Source of the DNA: Flaccisagitta enflata
Taxonomy: Eukaryota
Length of the DNA: 64,000 bases
Direction: 5' to 3'
Assembly: GCA_965153355.1 (NCBI GenBank)
Contig: OZ231126.1
Coordinates: 29,264,001 to 29,328,000 of the forward strand
In this document: one piece after another, positions 12,065 to 62,020 of the stretch
Layout of the letters: each line of letters opens with the position of its first letter
Position numbering within the stretch: the first letter of the stretch is position 1
Notes under the pieces: generated by a model
Told to the model about the DNA's origin: nothing
Database searches by the model: none
The model's input: only the letters and a program-made list of their open reading frames with translations
Made by a program: the position numbers and the translations under genes

Positions 12065-12953
12065 CCTCTCTATAGGTCATCGCCCTGAATGTGAAATTGT
12101 GCGTAAAACGACGTAAAATGAGGTTTCAGGAATCACGGACAATGAGGCAAGGATGAACGAGCGTGATTCTTTCTGTTTCTCTCCCATTTGGACTTAAGGT
12201 TATTGGGTCATTACATAGACATATCTATTCTCATGATTTTTATGTTTTGCTTTTAAATAAGAGCTTATGAGATTAATTGAAGGCTAGTAAAATTGCCCAA
12301 AAAATGTGAATGATTTTCCCCAAAATTATTCGTTAGGGGTGGCCAAATTAAACACACTTATACTTTTTTGATAGATATGGTAATTCAAATGGAGAATCTG
12401 TCATGCTATGTGTAAAAATAGAATTATCAACATTTTAGGCCTCTCAAGGCTGTTCGGACTTAGGCACTTTGCCCTTCCTTTTCCTAATTCTAACAATGAA
12501 TAAGAGCGTTTTTATCATTCCCAATTTAGGCCACCACCAAATTACATCCAGTGATTTGGAGGAAACCGATCATAACATCTGTTATTGTTAGTTTTCTCTC
12601 ACAATAATTCTTTCACTCGGTAGTCTCTCCCCTTTCACTAAGATGATGCACAGAAACGAAAAGGGAACATTGTCCGTTGTCATGGAGCCGTTGAACGATC
12701 CTGAAGTAATCCAACCAGTTTTGTTTTTGTATTTGTTTTTGTTTTTCTATCTATTTTTATTTGTTTTTTTATGTTTTTTTTGTTTTTGTTTTTGTTTCTG
12801 TATTTGTTTTTGTTTTCTCGCATGTGCTTCGGTGAGAAGCTTCCAAAGTTTCCACTGGAGACCCTGTTGATGTATGAATATTCTCTCCTCTGAGCGTACA
12901 CTCCCTCTGACTCTGTGTTGATGTTTTGGATTTTTTTTTGTCTTCCAGAATAT

Positions 12954-13127
<174 letters not shown>

Positions 13128-13170
13128 CAGAGAAAGTGAAAAAAAAAAGAGACAAAAAGAGAGAGGGAGA

Positions 13171-13261
<91 letters not shown>

Positions 13262-13345
13262 GATGGAAGTTTTCGCGTCATTTTCCGTTTCCTCGCGCAA
13301 GTTTGCGTGTAAATGAGTTGGGATTTGCGTTTGTGTTTCTCACAA

Positions 13346-13629
<284 letters not shown>

Positions 13630-14433
13630 GAGAGACAGAGATAGAGACGCAAATAGACAGAAAGACAGAAATACAGAATAACAGAAAGACAGAGAGACAG
13701 AGAGACAAAGACAGAGAGACATAAGGCAACCACCGCCATAAAAAGAATAAGCGAAAAAAATCAATTGGATTTCCCCATGAAATCATCGTATTTTTCCATC
13801 CGGGTTCCTCAGCATATAGCAAAGAGCAAATCTAATAAAGGATACAAGGAAACACACAAATGAACTAATAAAATGCAATAAAAAGAGAGACCCAACTCAG
13901 GACAGGTTCACATGGCATCTTATTATATGGTCATTTAATACCTATCCGTATTCCGTAACAACAATTAGGCGGTAAAACACTAATGCACAAAAAATATGAA
14001 ATCCATACTTAATGTCAGCCGGCCTAAGGCTTGTCAGATGAAATTTCAATCTTACTTGTCAAATACAGTTGAAATTTCATGTCACTGGGCTAACAAGAAT
14101 ATGTTTATGTTTCCCATAATTTTGATGATGTTTTTTACGCCTAATGGTTGAACATGTTTTTCTTTCCTTGCGTTTGATCACACAATCAGAATAAAGCCAA
14201 AAAACCAAAAGAATGAGCCGGGAAAATCAAGAGGCCTGGGGGTTGGAGAGGGAGGGGGGGGAGAGAAAGGGCCTGAAAGATGCAACAGAAAAGTGAATGG
14301 TAAAGAAATGAAAAAAGAAAAAAGTAACAAAAAAAAAGTAACAAAAAAATGCCGGAAACCAAAGAAGGGGCGGAAAAGCAGCCATTTGCACTTGGCCGTG
14401 GATTTGCCACGTTTCTGACGTGGGAAAGAAGGG

Positions 14434-14466
<33 letters not shown>

Positions 14467-14631
14467 AGAGGAGGTGGTGGAAGTGAAGAGGGACAAAAAT
14501 GAAATGAAAGAAAAACACAAAGAAAAGATTGAAATGTAAATGATAAAAGTATGAACATACAAAAAGGACCCTCAGAGAACGAACGAAGGGAACGTCAAAA
14601 AGATAAAAGCATGGGACCTCAAAAAGAAAGA

Positions 14632-14743
14632 ACAAGGCCAAGTAGGCCAATAAGGTGCGACGTGTGGATCGTCGAACGAATGCGTTACCGACCAACAGAC
14701 AGACAGACGGACACAGCCAGTTATAGAGGTGCTTTGTCGCACC

Positions 14744-14748
<5 letters not shown>
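14632..14748 (-). mobile_element. Short HINE family C (~115 bp)
   Basis: TTTTAGGTGCGAC..(GTCY)n..GTCGCACCT..GGCCTACTTGGCC TTGTT. Copies at 20796-20913, 39940-40057 and 46883-46980. Confidence 0.7.
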
Positions 14749-14836
<88 letters not shown>

Positions 14837-15894
14837 ACCGAATGTTGAAAAGAAAGGGAAATACTGCGCTTGACAGATATCTTTATCCAAACATCAGCGA
14901 CGTGGGTCTTTTTTGACACAAGTTGTAAAGAAAACTTGTAGTCGCTTGCGGATGGGCGGCGGCTGTATCGTGAAGAAAAGAATAAAATAACTTGGCCGGA
15001 TCATGGCCAATAAGTAGTCGCTTGCGCAGGGGCAGGGGTAGTATGTGAGTGGGCGGGGGTTGCAATGTGGCAAGGCAGGGGCAGTAATTCTCAGAAATCG
15101 CTATCCCAGCCGATTTCCGGTCATCCAATTTTTCGCGTTCCGGACGGACCAAGGGACACACCCTCCTGTAGAGGAAAACAAGAAGAAACATGTATGAAAA
15201 CAAGGCCAACACCTATAAGTCGCGTGCGAGACATAAATAACTTAAGATGACTTTTATTGACTCAAGATGACTTAAAGTGACTCAAGACAACTTTTAATGA
15301 CTTAAAAAGACCTAAAATGACTGAAATGACTACTTTGACCTATTTGACTTAAGTAACTTGAAATAACTTAGAATGACTTAGAATGACTTAGAATGACTTA
15401 GATTGACTTAGAATGACTAAGAATGACTTAGAATGACTTAGAATGACTAGAAATAACTTACAGTATAATAAAAAAGTAAAGTGTGACGGACCGACGGACG
15501 GACCGACGGACCGACGGACGGACAAAGCGGGTTGTAGAGTCGCGTGCACGCGACTAAAAAGAGAGAAAAAAGGCAAAACAATGAATAAACAAGGTCGGAT
15601 ACATAGCTAACCCAGCCGCGTGCGCGTGCGTGAAGAAAAGAATGGAAGAGCAAAAAGGCTTTTTTAGTCGTGGACACGCGACTCTACACCTTGCCGTGTG
15701 GGTCCGTCCGTCCGTCCGTCACATTTTTGAATTGCGAGCAGTTTTCGTATAACTGTTCCTGCCCAACCGTCCGCGACTGTATTGCCGTGTATCCGGCCTT
15801 GTTTTTTTACAGCAGCGAGGTGTTAAGTGGCCGGAAGAGAGATGGAATAGAAGGCGGGGAAGACGCTGAGTGAGTGTCATGACATCATTCAGAA

Positions 15895-16000
<106 letters not shown>

Positions 16001-17617
16001 ACAAACAAACAGACACACAGAGACAGACAGACAGACTGCCAGAGAGAAATTAGAAAGAGACCGACAAAAACAAAAACCGAGAGACTGAGACAGACTGAGA
16101 CACGGACAGAACTAGGGATAGGTAACTCCATGAATATATACTTTCTCTTGTTGACACATAGCATGCGACACAAACCAATCGTACAATTATTTTTCAATTA
16201 AAAAAAAAAAGTCAAAAAATCCTCCATTTTACTGTGCATCACGTACACTGTACTAGATTTTTAGATTTGATTCAATTTGATTTGAAGATGAAATTTACTC
16301 AGTGGTAGCGTGTGTGACAACAACACATGTTGTTTTTTGATAAAATATTCTGTTCTGTCCAAGTAGGAGAGCAAAGTGGTAGTCAAATTTAATTAACACA
16401 TGGTCAGCCCCGTCCTTACATAAATGGAAAGCAAGGATGGAGATTCTATCAATAAAACATTGTACAAAATGATAAATAGTGACATCACTTCAGCGCGTGA
16501 CACTCTCACGGGTGTCGATGTCCCATCGGTCAACGTTGCGTCCTGACTGTGAAACTGTTGAGTGAATTTCGCGCTGAATAATGTTTGATACATGTAGACA
16601 GATGAACGAAAAAAAAATATTGCTTGAATTTCCGACATAATAGTCAAAACGCGTGTTTCGATTGTTTGATTCAGCACAGAATCTCGCCGATGCCAAAAAA
16701 TAGCCGAAAAATGCGATTTGAGCACAGGCATTATGGATGGACGGTCGAACGGACGGACGGACAAACCCCCTCATAAAGATGCAAGGACGCGTCTAAAAAA
16801 AGACGCAAAAAAGCGTCGCATTTGTCGAACAAATAACACTCTGAGGAAGATTCCGTGACGCACGCGCCTAAGCGCAATCGCGGGACGTGGACACGTAGTG
16901 GCTTACGTGCGCCGACGTGCACAGACTAGAGGTGGCCTACGTGCGTAGACGTGGGAAGATTTACGTGCGTAGACGTGCGCAGACGTGCGCAGACGTGCGC
17001 AGACGTGGGTAGTGGGAACGGGGGAGACCTACGTGGAAGGATCTACGTGCGGCCGATGTGAAACAGCCTGCGCTAATCAGTGCAAATCGAGTTGCATAGA
17101 CGTGCGCATGGTGGCCGTCTATGCGCATACCTGTGGCGATGTTCTTTACGACTAATGGGCACTGTGGTGAACCCACAGGCGCAATCTTTAGTACGTACGT
17201 GTACGCGGAGGCGCGCAAAAATGCCCGTCTCCACGCATCGCCAACAGGTTGGTTTTCCTGTGTGATTAATGAGAACGGATTGCACGATGTACGTGTACAC
17301 TGTACAGGAGAAAGATCTATCCGTACGAGCATGAAAAATCGCAAACCGACAGACGCAAGGTGGCTAAAGGGCGAACGTGCACGTCTAGGAAAACAGAAAT
17401 TTGCACCTCGGCCGGGACGAAAAAAGTCTTTTTGTGGTGGTGGGAGGAAGAGGAAATTATTGATTCATTCCACTTTTTGGCAAAACTGAAGAAGTAACAA
17501 CTCAGTTTATTCAGTTTGCTCTTGTTTTGTGCAGTCGACCGATGGCCCTTACTTTCTCTCATTGGAGAGAAACATAGCTTTTTCCTCTATTCGTCTAGTC
17601 CTAGTGTAATTCTAGTA

Positions 17618-19002
17618 CACCCCCCTCTGGATAGCCCCCCAAAGAAAAACCAAAAAAACCATTCTGGTGACCCCAAGAACTATCATCTAGGATGTCTTGG
17701 CTACACAAAACAATATCAGACTAAATCATTTGAAAGCAAAATTTGGGAAAAACTCACTTTTTATGCAAAAATCAAGCATTTTTTGCCATATTTGGCACTT
17801 TCATGGTTCATACAGCTTCCAAAACTTAAGAAAATATCTAAAAAGTGTAAGATTAGCTAATGTGTAACTAGTTTTACCTTTTCAAGCTAGTTTGGATGGA
17901 TATTTCAAAGATTAGAGCAAAAAATTCACCTAAAACCAGAAAATCGAATTTTTTTCAGCATTCTTTTGCTTAAAATCATTCAAGCTACATCAATAAGCCT
18001 GTAAACTATAAAAAGTGTGTGGGAACAGTTGAAATTTGTATGGTTTTACCATCTTGAGTAAGTTTGAAGAAATACTTAACTCTTAAAAGCTAAAAAAATG
18101 ACTTAAAAACAGTAAATTTGAGCCTTTTTTAGTATTTTCATGCTGAAATATTATCAATCCTTAAAAACTATCTCATGCAAGTAAAATGTATATATTACAT
18201 AGGAACTAGCAGGATATTCATACTTGTTTGCTGTCACATCTTTCAATGAAGCAGACGTACAGTTGCCTGAACACTAGATCACTTCTGTTGGTCATCCAAC
18301 TTCACACACCTCTCTCTATGGCCACAAAAGAAAAGACACAACATATCTCTGGGTTTTTTTGCTGTTCCAGCTATATGATGGGTAATGTGCTTTTGTATGC
18401 CTAAAAAAGATATCTAACACTAAAAACTAATAAGCATACAAATAGTCAAAACAAAAATAAAAAAGGTTTAATAACTTTTATATTTTATCAAATTCTATGA
18501 AAAATATAAATTAATGAAAGATTTTTTAGCTTTTGAGAGTTAGATATTTCTTCAAACTAACTTAAAATGGTAAAACCATATGTATTTCAACTGTTCCCAC
18601 ACACTTTTTATAGTTTACAGGCTTATTGATGTAGCTTAAATGATTTTAAGCAAAAAAATGCTGAAAAAAACTCGATTTTCTGGTTTAAAATGATTTTTTT
18701 TGCTCTAATCTTTGAAATATCCATCCAAACTAGCTTGAAAAGGTAAAACCAGTTACACATTAGCTATTCTTACACTTTTTAGATATTTTCTAAAGTTTTG
18801 GAAGCTGTATGAACCATGAAAGTGCCATATATAGGAAAAAATGCTTGATTTTTGCATAAAAAGTGACTTTTTCCCAAATTTTGCTTTCAAATGATTTAGT
18901 CTGATGTTGTTTTGTGTAGCCAAGACATCCTAGATGATAGTTCTTGGGGTCCCCAGAATGGGTTTTTTGGTTTTTCTTTGGGGGGCTATCCAGAGGGGGG
19001 TG
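17618..19002. mobile_element. Non-autonomous DNA transposon with ~500-bp TIRs, possibly Chapaev/CMC type
   Basis: CACCCCCCTCTGG...CCAGAGGGGGGTG, 4-bp TSD AGTA. Confidence 0.8.
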
Positions 19003-19243
19003 AGTACTTGTGATTCCTGCTTGTCCATCTCCTAGCTATGATACTCAACAATTATGATACTTCCAGTTAGCAAGATGCAGAAACAACAGGAACTGACCAA
19101 CGCGATGGACATATTCTTTACTGTCGGCATGGTGAGCATGAAATAAGTTGAAAGTTTGAATAATTTGAATAGTTTGAACTCGTGGCTAGAATGAGCTGCA
19201 GTTTAAAACAGAGACAGGTGCGTAAATTATTCATCATGTGCAC

Positions 19244-19562
19244 TAGGGCGGTTACCTGAAGGGTGAATTTTGCTCAAAATCTAAAATTCCTCCGCCATAC
19301 ATGCCAAACAGCATTTGGTCAGCAAATCAGACAAGCAGAGATCGGTATTTTATCAAGAAACCCGCACGGCAACACAATGGTAAAGCATATAAAAGCAATT
19401 TAACACCCATTGAAACTCTATAGTGTTGCCCTGCGGGTTTTCTTTTCAGACACCGATCTCCGCTTGCCTCAATACCTTTTTAAATATGACTTAGTGTGCA
19501 TGGTTAGTTGGCTGAGGCATTCTGAAATTTGACCACATTTGACCCTCCAGGTAGCCGCCCTA
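19244..19562. mobile_element. hAT-type MITE
   Basis: TAGGGCGG...CCGCCCTA, 8-bp TSD ATGTGCAC. Confidence 0.85.
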
Positions 19563-19702
19563 ATGTGCACATCATGTGATGGGATAACTGAGAGTGCAAA
19601 AATTCTGCTTCGAATTCAAAGTGTGATAGATACATTTTTCTGGGACCAACAGTGAGCGGAACCGACTATATCTGTTTTGAATACACTTCATTTCCAATCT
19701 CA

Positions 19703-26703
<7,001 letters not shown>

Positions 26704-26816
26704 CACAACAGGAAATGGTCTCGTTCAATGTTTCCATAGATTCTATCCGGTGCGTGGACTTGAAAAAACTCAGGAAAATTACTTTAAAATGGTCCGAGTG
26801 AGTCAAAAAGATCTCT

Positions 26817-26864
<48 letters not shown>

Positions 26865-26982
26865 CTTATCAAAACGAGCTCAAGTCGGTAAGAAAAGTCT
26901 TCAGATTTATCTGTGTCGGTTCACCTCTTCTGGTTTAGAATTTTGATTTACTACCATTACACATAGTAGCACTATTTCATTT

Positions 26983-27065
26983 CATGTCATGTCATGTCAT
27001 GTCATGTCATGTCATGTCATGTCATGTCATGTCATGTCATGTCATGTCATGTCATGTCATGTCAT
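26983..27065. repeat. (CATGT)n pentanucleotide repeat
   Basis: Direct reading. Confidence 0.95.
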
Positions 27066-28723
27066 TTCATTTTATTTCATTTCATTTCATATCACAATTT
27101 TACAAACACGAAACTACAAACTGGGTCAGTGCGAAACCCGTGGTTTCCATCGAATCATAAGTCGAGGGACGGTGATAAAGAAGGGCATGATATACTCTAA
27201 CTTGACTGTTATTCATTCATATAATGAGTATAGCATATATGGTGCACTTTTTATCGCTGCACAGAATTTTTCTCGCGTTAATAACATTTCTTCGATATCA
27301 CGACTTCAACCTCATTTACGCAGAGAGTTCATCACTGGGCTAATGAACTCCTCTGATGAAAGATAAGAACGTGGAGAAAACAAGGCCGGATACACGGCCA
27401 TCCTAGTCGCGTGCGGGTGGGCAGGAGCAGTGCTGGAGGTCAGTAGGGCATTTGGGCAGGAGCCGTATGTTAAACAGGTCTTCCAAGGGTAATATGTGGT
27501 CAGCGATACCCGTTGCCCTGCTTTGCATGGTTGTAAATCGGAATGAGAGGCAGGGCAGCGGCCCCGAAGGGGGCAAAGTCCTGTAGAACATAGGGGACTT
27601 TCGTTCGTTCGTCCGTCCGTTCGTCTGTCCGTCCCCACCAGGCCCTCTCAAGCCTGTAATCTGCACTCTCAGGCCCGAAATCTGCCCTCTCAGGACTAAA
27701 ATCTGCCCTCTCAGGCCTTGAATCTTAGAGGGCAGATTTAAGGCACCTGAGGACGGGTTTAGGGCTAGAGAGGGCAAATTTTAGGCCTGAGAAGGCAGAT
27801 TCAAGGCCTGAGAGGGCAGATTTCAGGCCTGAGAGGACAGATTTTAGGCCTGAGAGGGCAAATTTCAGGCCTGAGAGGACAGATTTCAGGCCTGAGAGGG
27901 CCTGGGGGGACGAACAAACGAACGGACGAACATACAAACAAAAGACCCCTGTGTTCTACAGGACTTCGTCCCCTTCTGGGCCGCTGCCCAAAAAGCTCAA
28001 AAACGCCAAAAAAGTTAAACAGGTCGCCCAAGGGCAATATGTGGTCAGCGATACCCGTTGCCCTGCTTTGCATGGTTGTAAATCGGAATGAGAGGCAGGG
28101 CAGCAGCCCCAAAGGGGACAAAGTCCTGTAGAACACAGGGGACTTTCGTTCGTTTGTCCATCCGCTCGTCCGCCCCCCCAGGCCCTCTCAGGCCTGAAAT
28201 CTGCCATCTCAGGCCTAAAATCTGTCCTCTCAGGCCTGAGAGGGCAGATTTCAGACCTGAGAGGGCAGATTTAAAGCCTGACAGGCAGGTTTCAGGTCTG
28301 AAAAGGCAAATTTCAGGCCTGAGAGGGCAGATTCAAGGCCTGAGAGGGCAGATTTCAGGCCTGAGAGGGCAGATTTTAGGCCTGAGAGGGCAGATTTCAG
28401 GCCTGAGAGGGCCTGGGGGGATGAACGAATGAACGGACAAACAAACAAAAGTCCCCTGTGTTCTACAGGACTTTGTCCCCTTCGGGGCCGCTGCCCAAAA
28501 GGGACCAACCGACTAACCAACCAACCGACGGACCGACATAGCGGGGTGTAGAGTCGCGTAGCACGCGACTAAAGAAAGAAAGAGATGAAGAAGAAGAATA
28601 AGAAGAAAACCAAGAAAAGGAAAAAGAAGCAGAAGATGGAATGAGAGAAGAAGAATGAGAACATGATGGAAAAGAAAAAAAGAGAAAAAGAAAAAGAAAA
28701 AGAAAAAGAAAAAGAAAGATTCG

Positions 28724-28959
<236 letters not shown>

Positions 28960-29619
28960 GCTAGAGAATTAAGCGTGAAAAAGGTGTGCGGTCAATGAAA
29001 CGAGCCTAACCATGTCCAATCAAGGGATTTCATTAGACGCGCAAGATGAAGTCTGAAGCTTTCTCCGATTAAGAAGGAAGAGACTCTTCATGTTAATTAA
29101 AATAAGGCCGGATACTCGGCTTAGACGTCTCGGCGTACACGCTCTTGGTTGAGTAACAACGGGTTATTTTTTTCTGAGGCTCAATGTTGTTATTTGAAAG
29201 ACGATATGAGGCTCAAACCGTTGCTAAACTGTTGTTATTTCTTTCTCATCAATCTTCTAATATAACGATTGATTAGGATGTCTGTACCATAATTCCTTTC
29301 GCTGCTTTCTCTGGAATGACAGCCCCCCCGGCCGGGATCTAGGGTAGGAATGAAACAAATGAGAACAACCATTCAAAATCAGGAACAAAATATTGTTAAA
29401 ACTAAAATACAGTAGAAAAGGCCACCGCTTTTATGAAACCGCTGCACGTTACAATTGAATGCAACGGAAATCATGGCAAATCTAAGAGAAAAGTTGTTAT
29501 TGGTTGGACTTGATGCTGTTGTTATGTTTTTAATTTTCTGAGGCTGACGATGTTGATAGAGATGTTCTTATTTCTTTTGACATTTTGAGCCTCAACGTTG
29601 TTATAAAGTGCGTGTACTC

Positions 29620-29701
<82 letters not shown>

Positions 29702-30137
29702 TTACTCTTCAATCTTCTCTCTTGTCAAAGTGACCAAATTTCAACATTTTCACCACAACTACCCTCTCGATGGTTCTTATATTGTAGACATATGAGCCGA
29801 TTTCCCTTTATTCATTACCACTCCAAGCTATGATGATGAAATTTTAAGTTCAGTACAGCTTGGCAAAACTGCGAAAAAACCCACTGTAATGTCATTCTCA
29901 CCCTGGATTGGAAGCCACTTGAGCAGTCATACTAAAAAATTACAGTGGTTGACTTTATATGGGAACCCGCAAATTTCCCATCAAGTCGATCGGTGGGTTA
30001 GCTACAGCTCAGTGCTAAGAGTTTAAGTCGAAAATTAAAAGTGATGCGCAAAGGAACTACATAGTCAGTGAGGGCTCACAAGGCCCTCTTTCATTTATTT
30101 CAGTTTGGGTATAGTGAGGGATGTTGATCCACCTATC

Positions 30138-30232
<95 letters not shown>

Positions 30233-30234
<2 letters not shown>

Positions 30235-30806
30235 GGTGAGAATGACATTACAGTGGGTTTTTTCGCAGTTTTGCCAAGCTCATATGTCTACAATATAAGG
30301 ACCATCGAGAGGGAAATCTTTCCTGGAGCGCTTTTTGAAAAAAATCGATTTTTCACCCACAGGGAGGGTGGTGGTAATACAGATTCTTGTGAGTTGCATT
30401 GACTCAATTTTTGATTCCATATTCTTAATCTAGGCAAAATTCCCTTTCATTTGATAGGTCGCACTCTATACTTGTGCAACGAATTTAAAATTTCATTTTT
30501 TGAGTCACCGTTACATAAAGTAACGGTAGCTCAAAATATGAAAACTTTATTTCTGTTTAAAACCATATAGTATGACCTATCAAATGAATGGAAATTTTGC
30601 ATAGAATAACAATATAGAACCAAAAAAATGGGTCAATACAACTCACAAGAATCTGAATTACCACCACCTTTCCTGTACGTGAAAAATCGTTTTTTTTTAT
30701 GAAAAAAGCGCTCCAGAAAAGATTTCCCTCTCGATGGTTCTTTTATTGTACACATATGAGCTTGGCAAAACTGCGAAAAAAAACACTGTAATGTCATTCT
30801 CACCCT
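30233..30806. mobile_element. Palindromic MITE
   Basis: AGGGTGAGAATGACATTACAGTG...CACTGTAATGTCATTCTCACCCT; extra right-end fragment at ~29761-29912. Confidence 0.75.
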
Positions 30807-31038
30807 GGATTGGTCGTCAGACAGTATTGAAGGAAAGATACTCACGTTTGTATGAGAAAGAATGAATGAAATGAGCGCGCGCTAGTTTGGTAATTAGGCC
30901 ATTGGACTTGTACATTACTATGGTTTCCACCCGCGGCTTTTGTGTACATATTCTACCTCAGGAGTTAACACAAACGAGCGAAGGCATAAAAGTAAAAGCG
31001 ACTGAGGGAGAGAAAAAATAAAAGTGAGATTTCTGTAT

Positions 31039-31172
<134 letters not shown>

Positions 31173-31403
31173 GAGGCAGAGACAAAGACAGGGAGACAGA
31201 GAGACAGAGAAAGAGAAATCCTCAAAGGGAAATCATTTTATCTATGTTATGACAAAGGATCTAGGCGAAATTTGTATGTAAAAATCGGTTGGCCGGTTAT
31301 TCATATTCCATGAGGGATGAAATGAATGTACATGTGACACTGAGTGGACAGACGAGTGATAAACAGGTGTCAGATGAAATGAGTATACATGCGGCACTTA
31401 CAT

Positions 31404-31498
<95 letters not shown>

Positions 31499-32352
31499 AG
31501 AGAGAGAGAGAGAGAGAGGAGAGGTTTTTGTAGACAAGAAACAGATAGAATTTGTATTTATGCGATGTTGACATGCCAGTAAAGACTGATCAAAGACTAA
31601 CTGTCGTTATATGCAAGCCATAGGCTACCCCGTATAGGAGGACGAGGATAAAATGTCCGTGGTATTATTTGAATTGGAATTTATTTCGTCCGAAGGAAAG
31701 AAAATTGAATCTTGATGGAATCCGTCGCATCTCATCGTCTGGGCGACGGCTGTTCAGTGATACTCTAAGCAGAATCCAGTGGCGATAAGTTCGATGGCTT
31801 CTTGACCAATCAAGCACTTTCATTGGGTGATTTGGAATTTTCTGAGATGCCCCTTTTAGGAGTGGTCTCCTCTGATAGTGATTGCAGTCGCAGTTGCAGT
31901 AATAGCAGACTTGTTACTATACATGTATCTGTATAGCGGAGGGGTCGGAGGGCCAGCGTTCAGACCCAGTCAAACCTCGAACACTGAGCTGGCAACATGG
32001 GTGTACGGCGAGGAACGTCAGGGACGTCGGCCGACGTCCCTGTTGGTCGGACTTACACCCCTGTCGGACTTAAGCCCATGCAAAAAATAAGGGCTAAAAA
32101 TAAAAAATGATGAAAGAAAAAGTAAAACAAGAAGTGAAAAAGCATACTTTGGGGAATAATGAGAGAGAATGTGTGCCTTTCTATCAAATTTGGTTGTCAT
32201 TTCTGACATGAAAATGTAATCTAAGACCGGAAAAGTTTCAATTTGTTATGATCCCTGTTTGGCTTGAAGCTCTGTCGGACTTGAAATTGTGTGCCCACGG
32301 CCCTTTGAGATTAGATACCGGGCCTTACACTTGTGTCTGGCAATATGGGTAA

Positions 32353-32994
32353 TAGTCCAGGTTGTTGAAGAAAGGACTCGGCTTTTCTGGAACAAAGCTT
32401 GAAAATTTGCATACAAGTATTCAAAGTCATGTAGATCATGATAATGATAGGTGCAGTTCAAAAAAATTTGAGCACCTATCTTAAAAATTCTTCTAAAATT
32501 TTTAAAATTATGCCATCGCCAAACCGCTAGAGTGTGGGCGATGAAATTTTATGAGCTAAAAAATTTTATTTTGTACATATGCACACCAAATTTCAGCTCT
32601 CTAGCTTTATTAGAAGCAGAGATATAGCCAATTTACTTTTGTATATAAAAACTGCATTTTTTTGGAAAACGGGTATTTTTGAGAAAAATACACCCAAAAG
32701 TAAATTGGCTATATAACTTCTTCTAATAAAGCTAGAGAGCTGAAATTTGGTATGAACATGTATAAAACAAATATTTTATTGCTCATGAAACTTTATTGCC
32801 CTGAGGCAGACGGTTTGGCGGTGGCATGGTTTTGAAAATTTTATATTGATTTTTAGGATAGGTGCTCACATTTTTTTGACCTGCATCTATCATTATCATG
32901 ATCTACATAACTTTAAATACTAGTATGCAAATTTTCAAGCTTTGTTCCGGAAAAGCCGTGTTTACTCAATTTCACGCATCAACAGACTGGACTA
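32353..32994. mobile_element. Palindromic MITE with 3-bp TAA TSD (PIF/Harbinger-like)
   Basis: TAA|TAGTCCAG...CTGGACTA|TAA, long arms. Confidence 0.7.
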
Positions 32995-33717
32995 TAAGTA
33001 ATTGTCGATTCATCGGATATGGCACAAAATGTAAAGAATGGAGTTCAAACAAACTGAGTGATGGTTTAACTCCGAATGTCACATAAGCGATAAACCAAAC
33101 ATACATTGTAATTTAAGTAGAGGAATTCAGAGCCTTCGCTCTCATTTTCATGGCTTTATGAAATTTCGATACGGTTATGACTTATGAGTTCGAATATGAA
33201 GCAATAATCTTGGCCATTACGAGGCTAAATCACCCCCACGGGAAATCCCACCGAAAAAAAAGAAAATAAGAAATTTCAGAGTTTCTTCTTTTCATTGCAG
33301 GGGGGGGGGGGGAAAGAGGAGGTAGACCTTGGAGGGGAACGGTAATGTATTCATGCAAACGAGAATTGTGAACTCATGCATGCATGATACACGCGAACTC
33401 TCTAGTGATTGCACAAGCCACTCGCTCATACAAATCAATATCAAAAGTGAAAAACTAAGGGGTCAGTAACCTCAAAGTCAATGGCTCAAACTTACAAAAC
33501 ATGTACGTCCTCTCTATCCGTCTTTGGCAGTGTCTGTCTCTGTCTCTCCTTTTCTGACTGTGTGTTTGCGCCTATCTGCCATTATTTGTGTATGTCTATC
33601 TGTCTGTTGGTCTCCCAGTTGCTGTTCCTGGTTTGTCTCGGTCTGTCTGTATGTCTCTTATCTGTGTCTGTCTCTATTTCTGTCTCTGTCCCTATGTCTG
33701 TCTGTCTCTGTCTGTCA

Positions 33718-33752
<35 letters not shown>

Positions 33753-33766
33753 AGCTGTTTGTGTGA

Positions 33767-33848
<82 letters not shown>

Positions 33849-34437
33849 ACGGAGTTCCAGGAACTGAAACTGGGTCCCCTTTTTTCCTTCAGAACTCGTT
33901 TGAACTCCTAAGAAGTCCCGGATGCTCTCCGAGTCGACAACCTTAATGTTGTGTCTTAAGTCGCCATTGACTCATTGATGACTCTCTTCGAATCTAGATG
34001 TACCGGCCAATCATTGCATATGCATTATGCATGGCACGATTTTGGAGATAACTGGATGCAAGGCCTTTTACGTCCATATGACTCGCTTGAAAGAAAGCGA
34101 ATAAAAGAAAAATAATAAACTAAGATTGCACGAAAAACAAGTACAACATAAAATTGCCCTTGTAAATGAATGGAAAGAAATCAAATGGATCCGCTCTAAC
34201 GAATGAATTAAATGTAAAGATTTCTTTTTCGTTTTTAAATTTTCCAACCTTTTTGATGTTCAAAACTGCTGACATTGCCTAGAAAATTAGTTGAAGAGGA
34301 GGCGAAGGAAAAAAAGGGAGGAGAGAAAAGGGAGCAACGGGAGAGGAAAGGAAAGAAGGGAGAGAATAGAGGAAAGGAAGGACAGGAAAGAAAAGGAAGG
34401 AAAGGGATGAAAGGGAGAAATTCGTTTTAGTAAAAAG

Positions 34438-62020
<27,583 letters not shown>

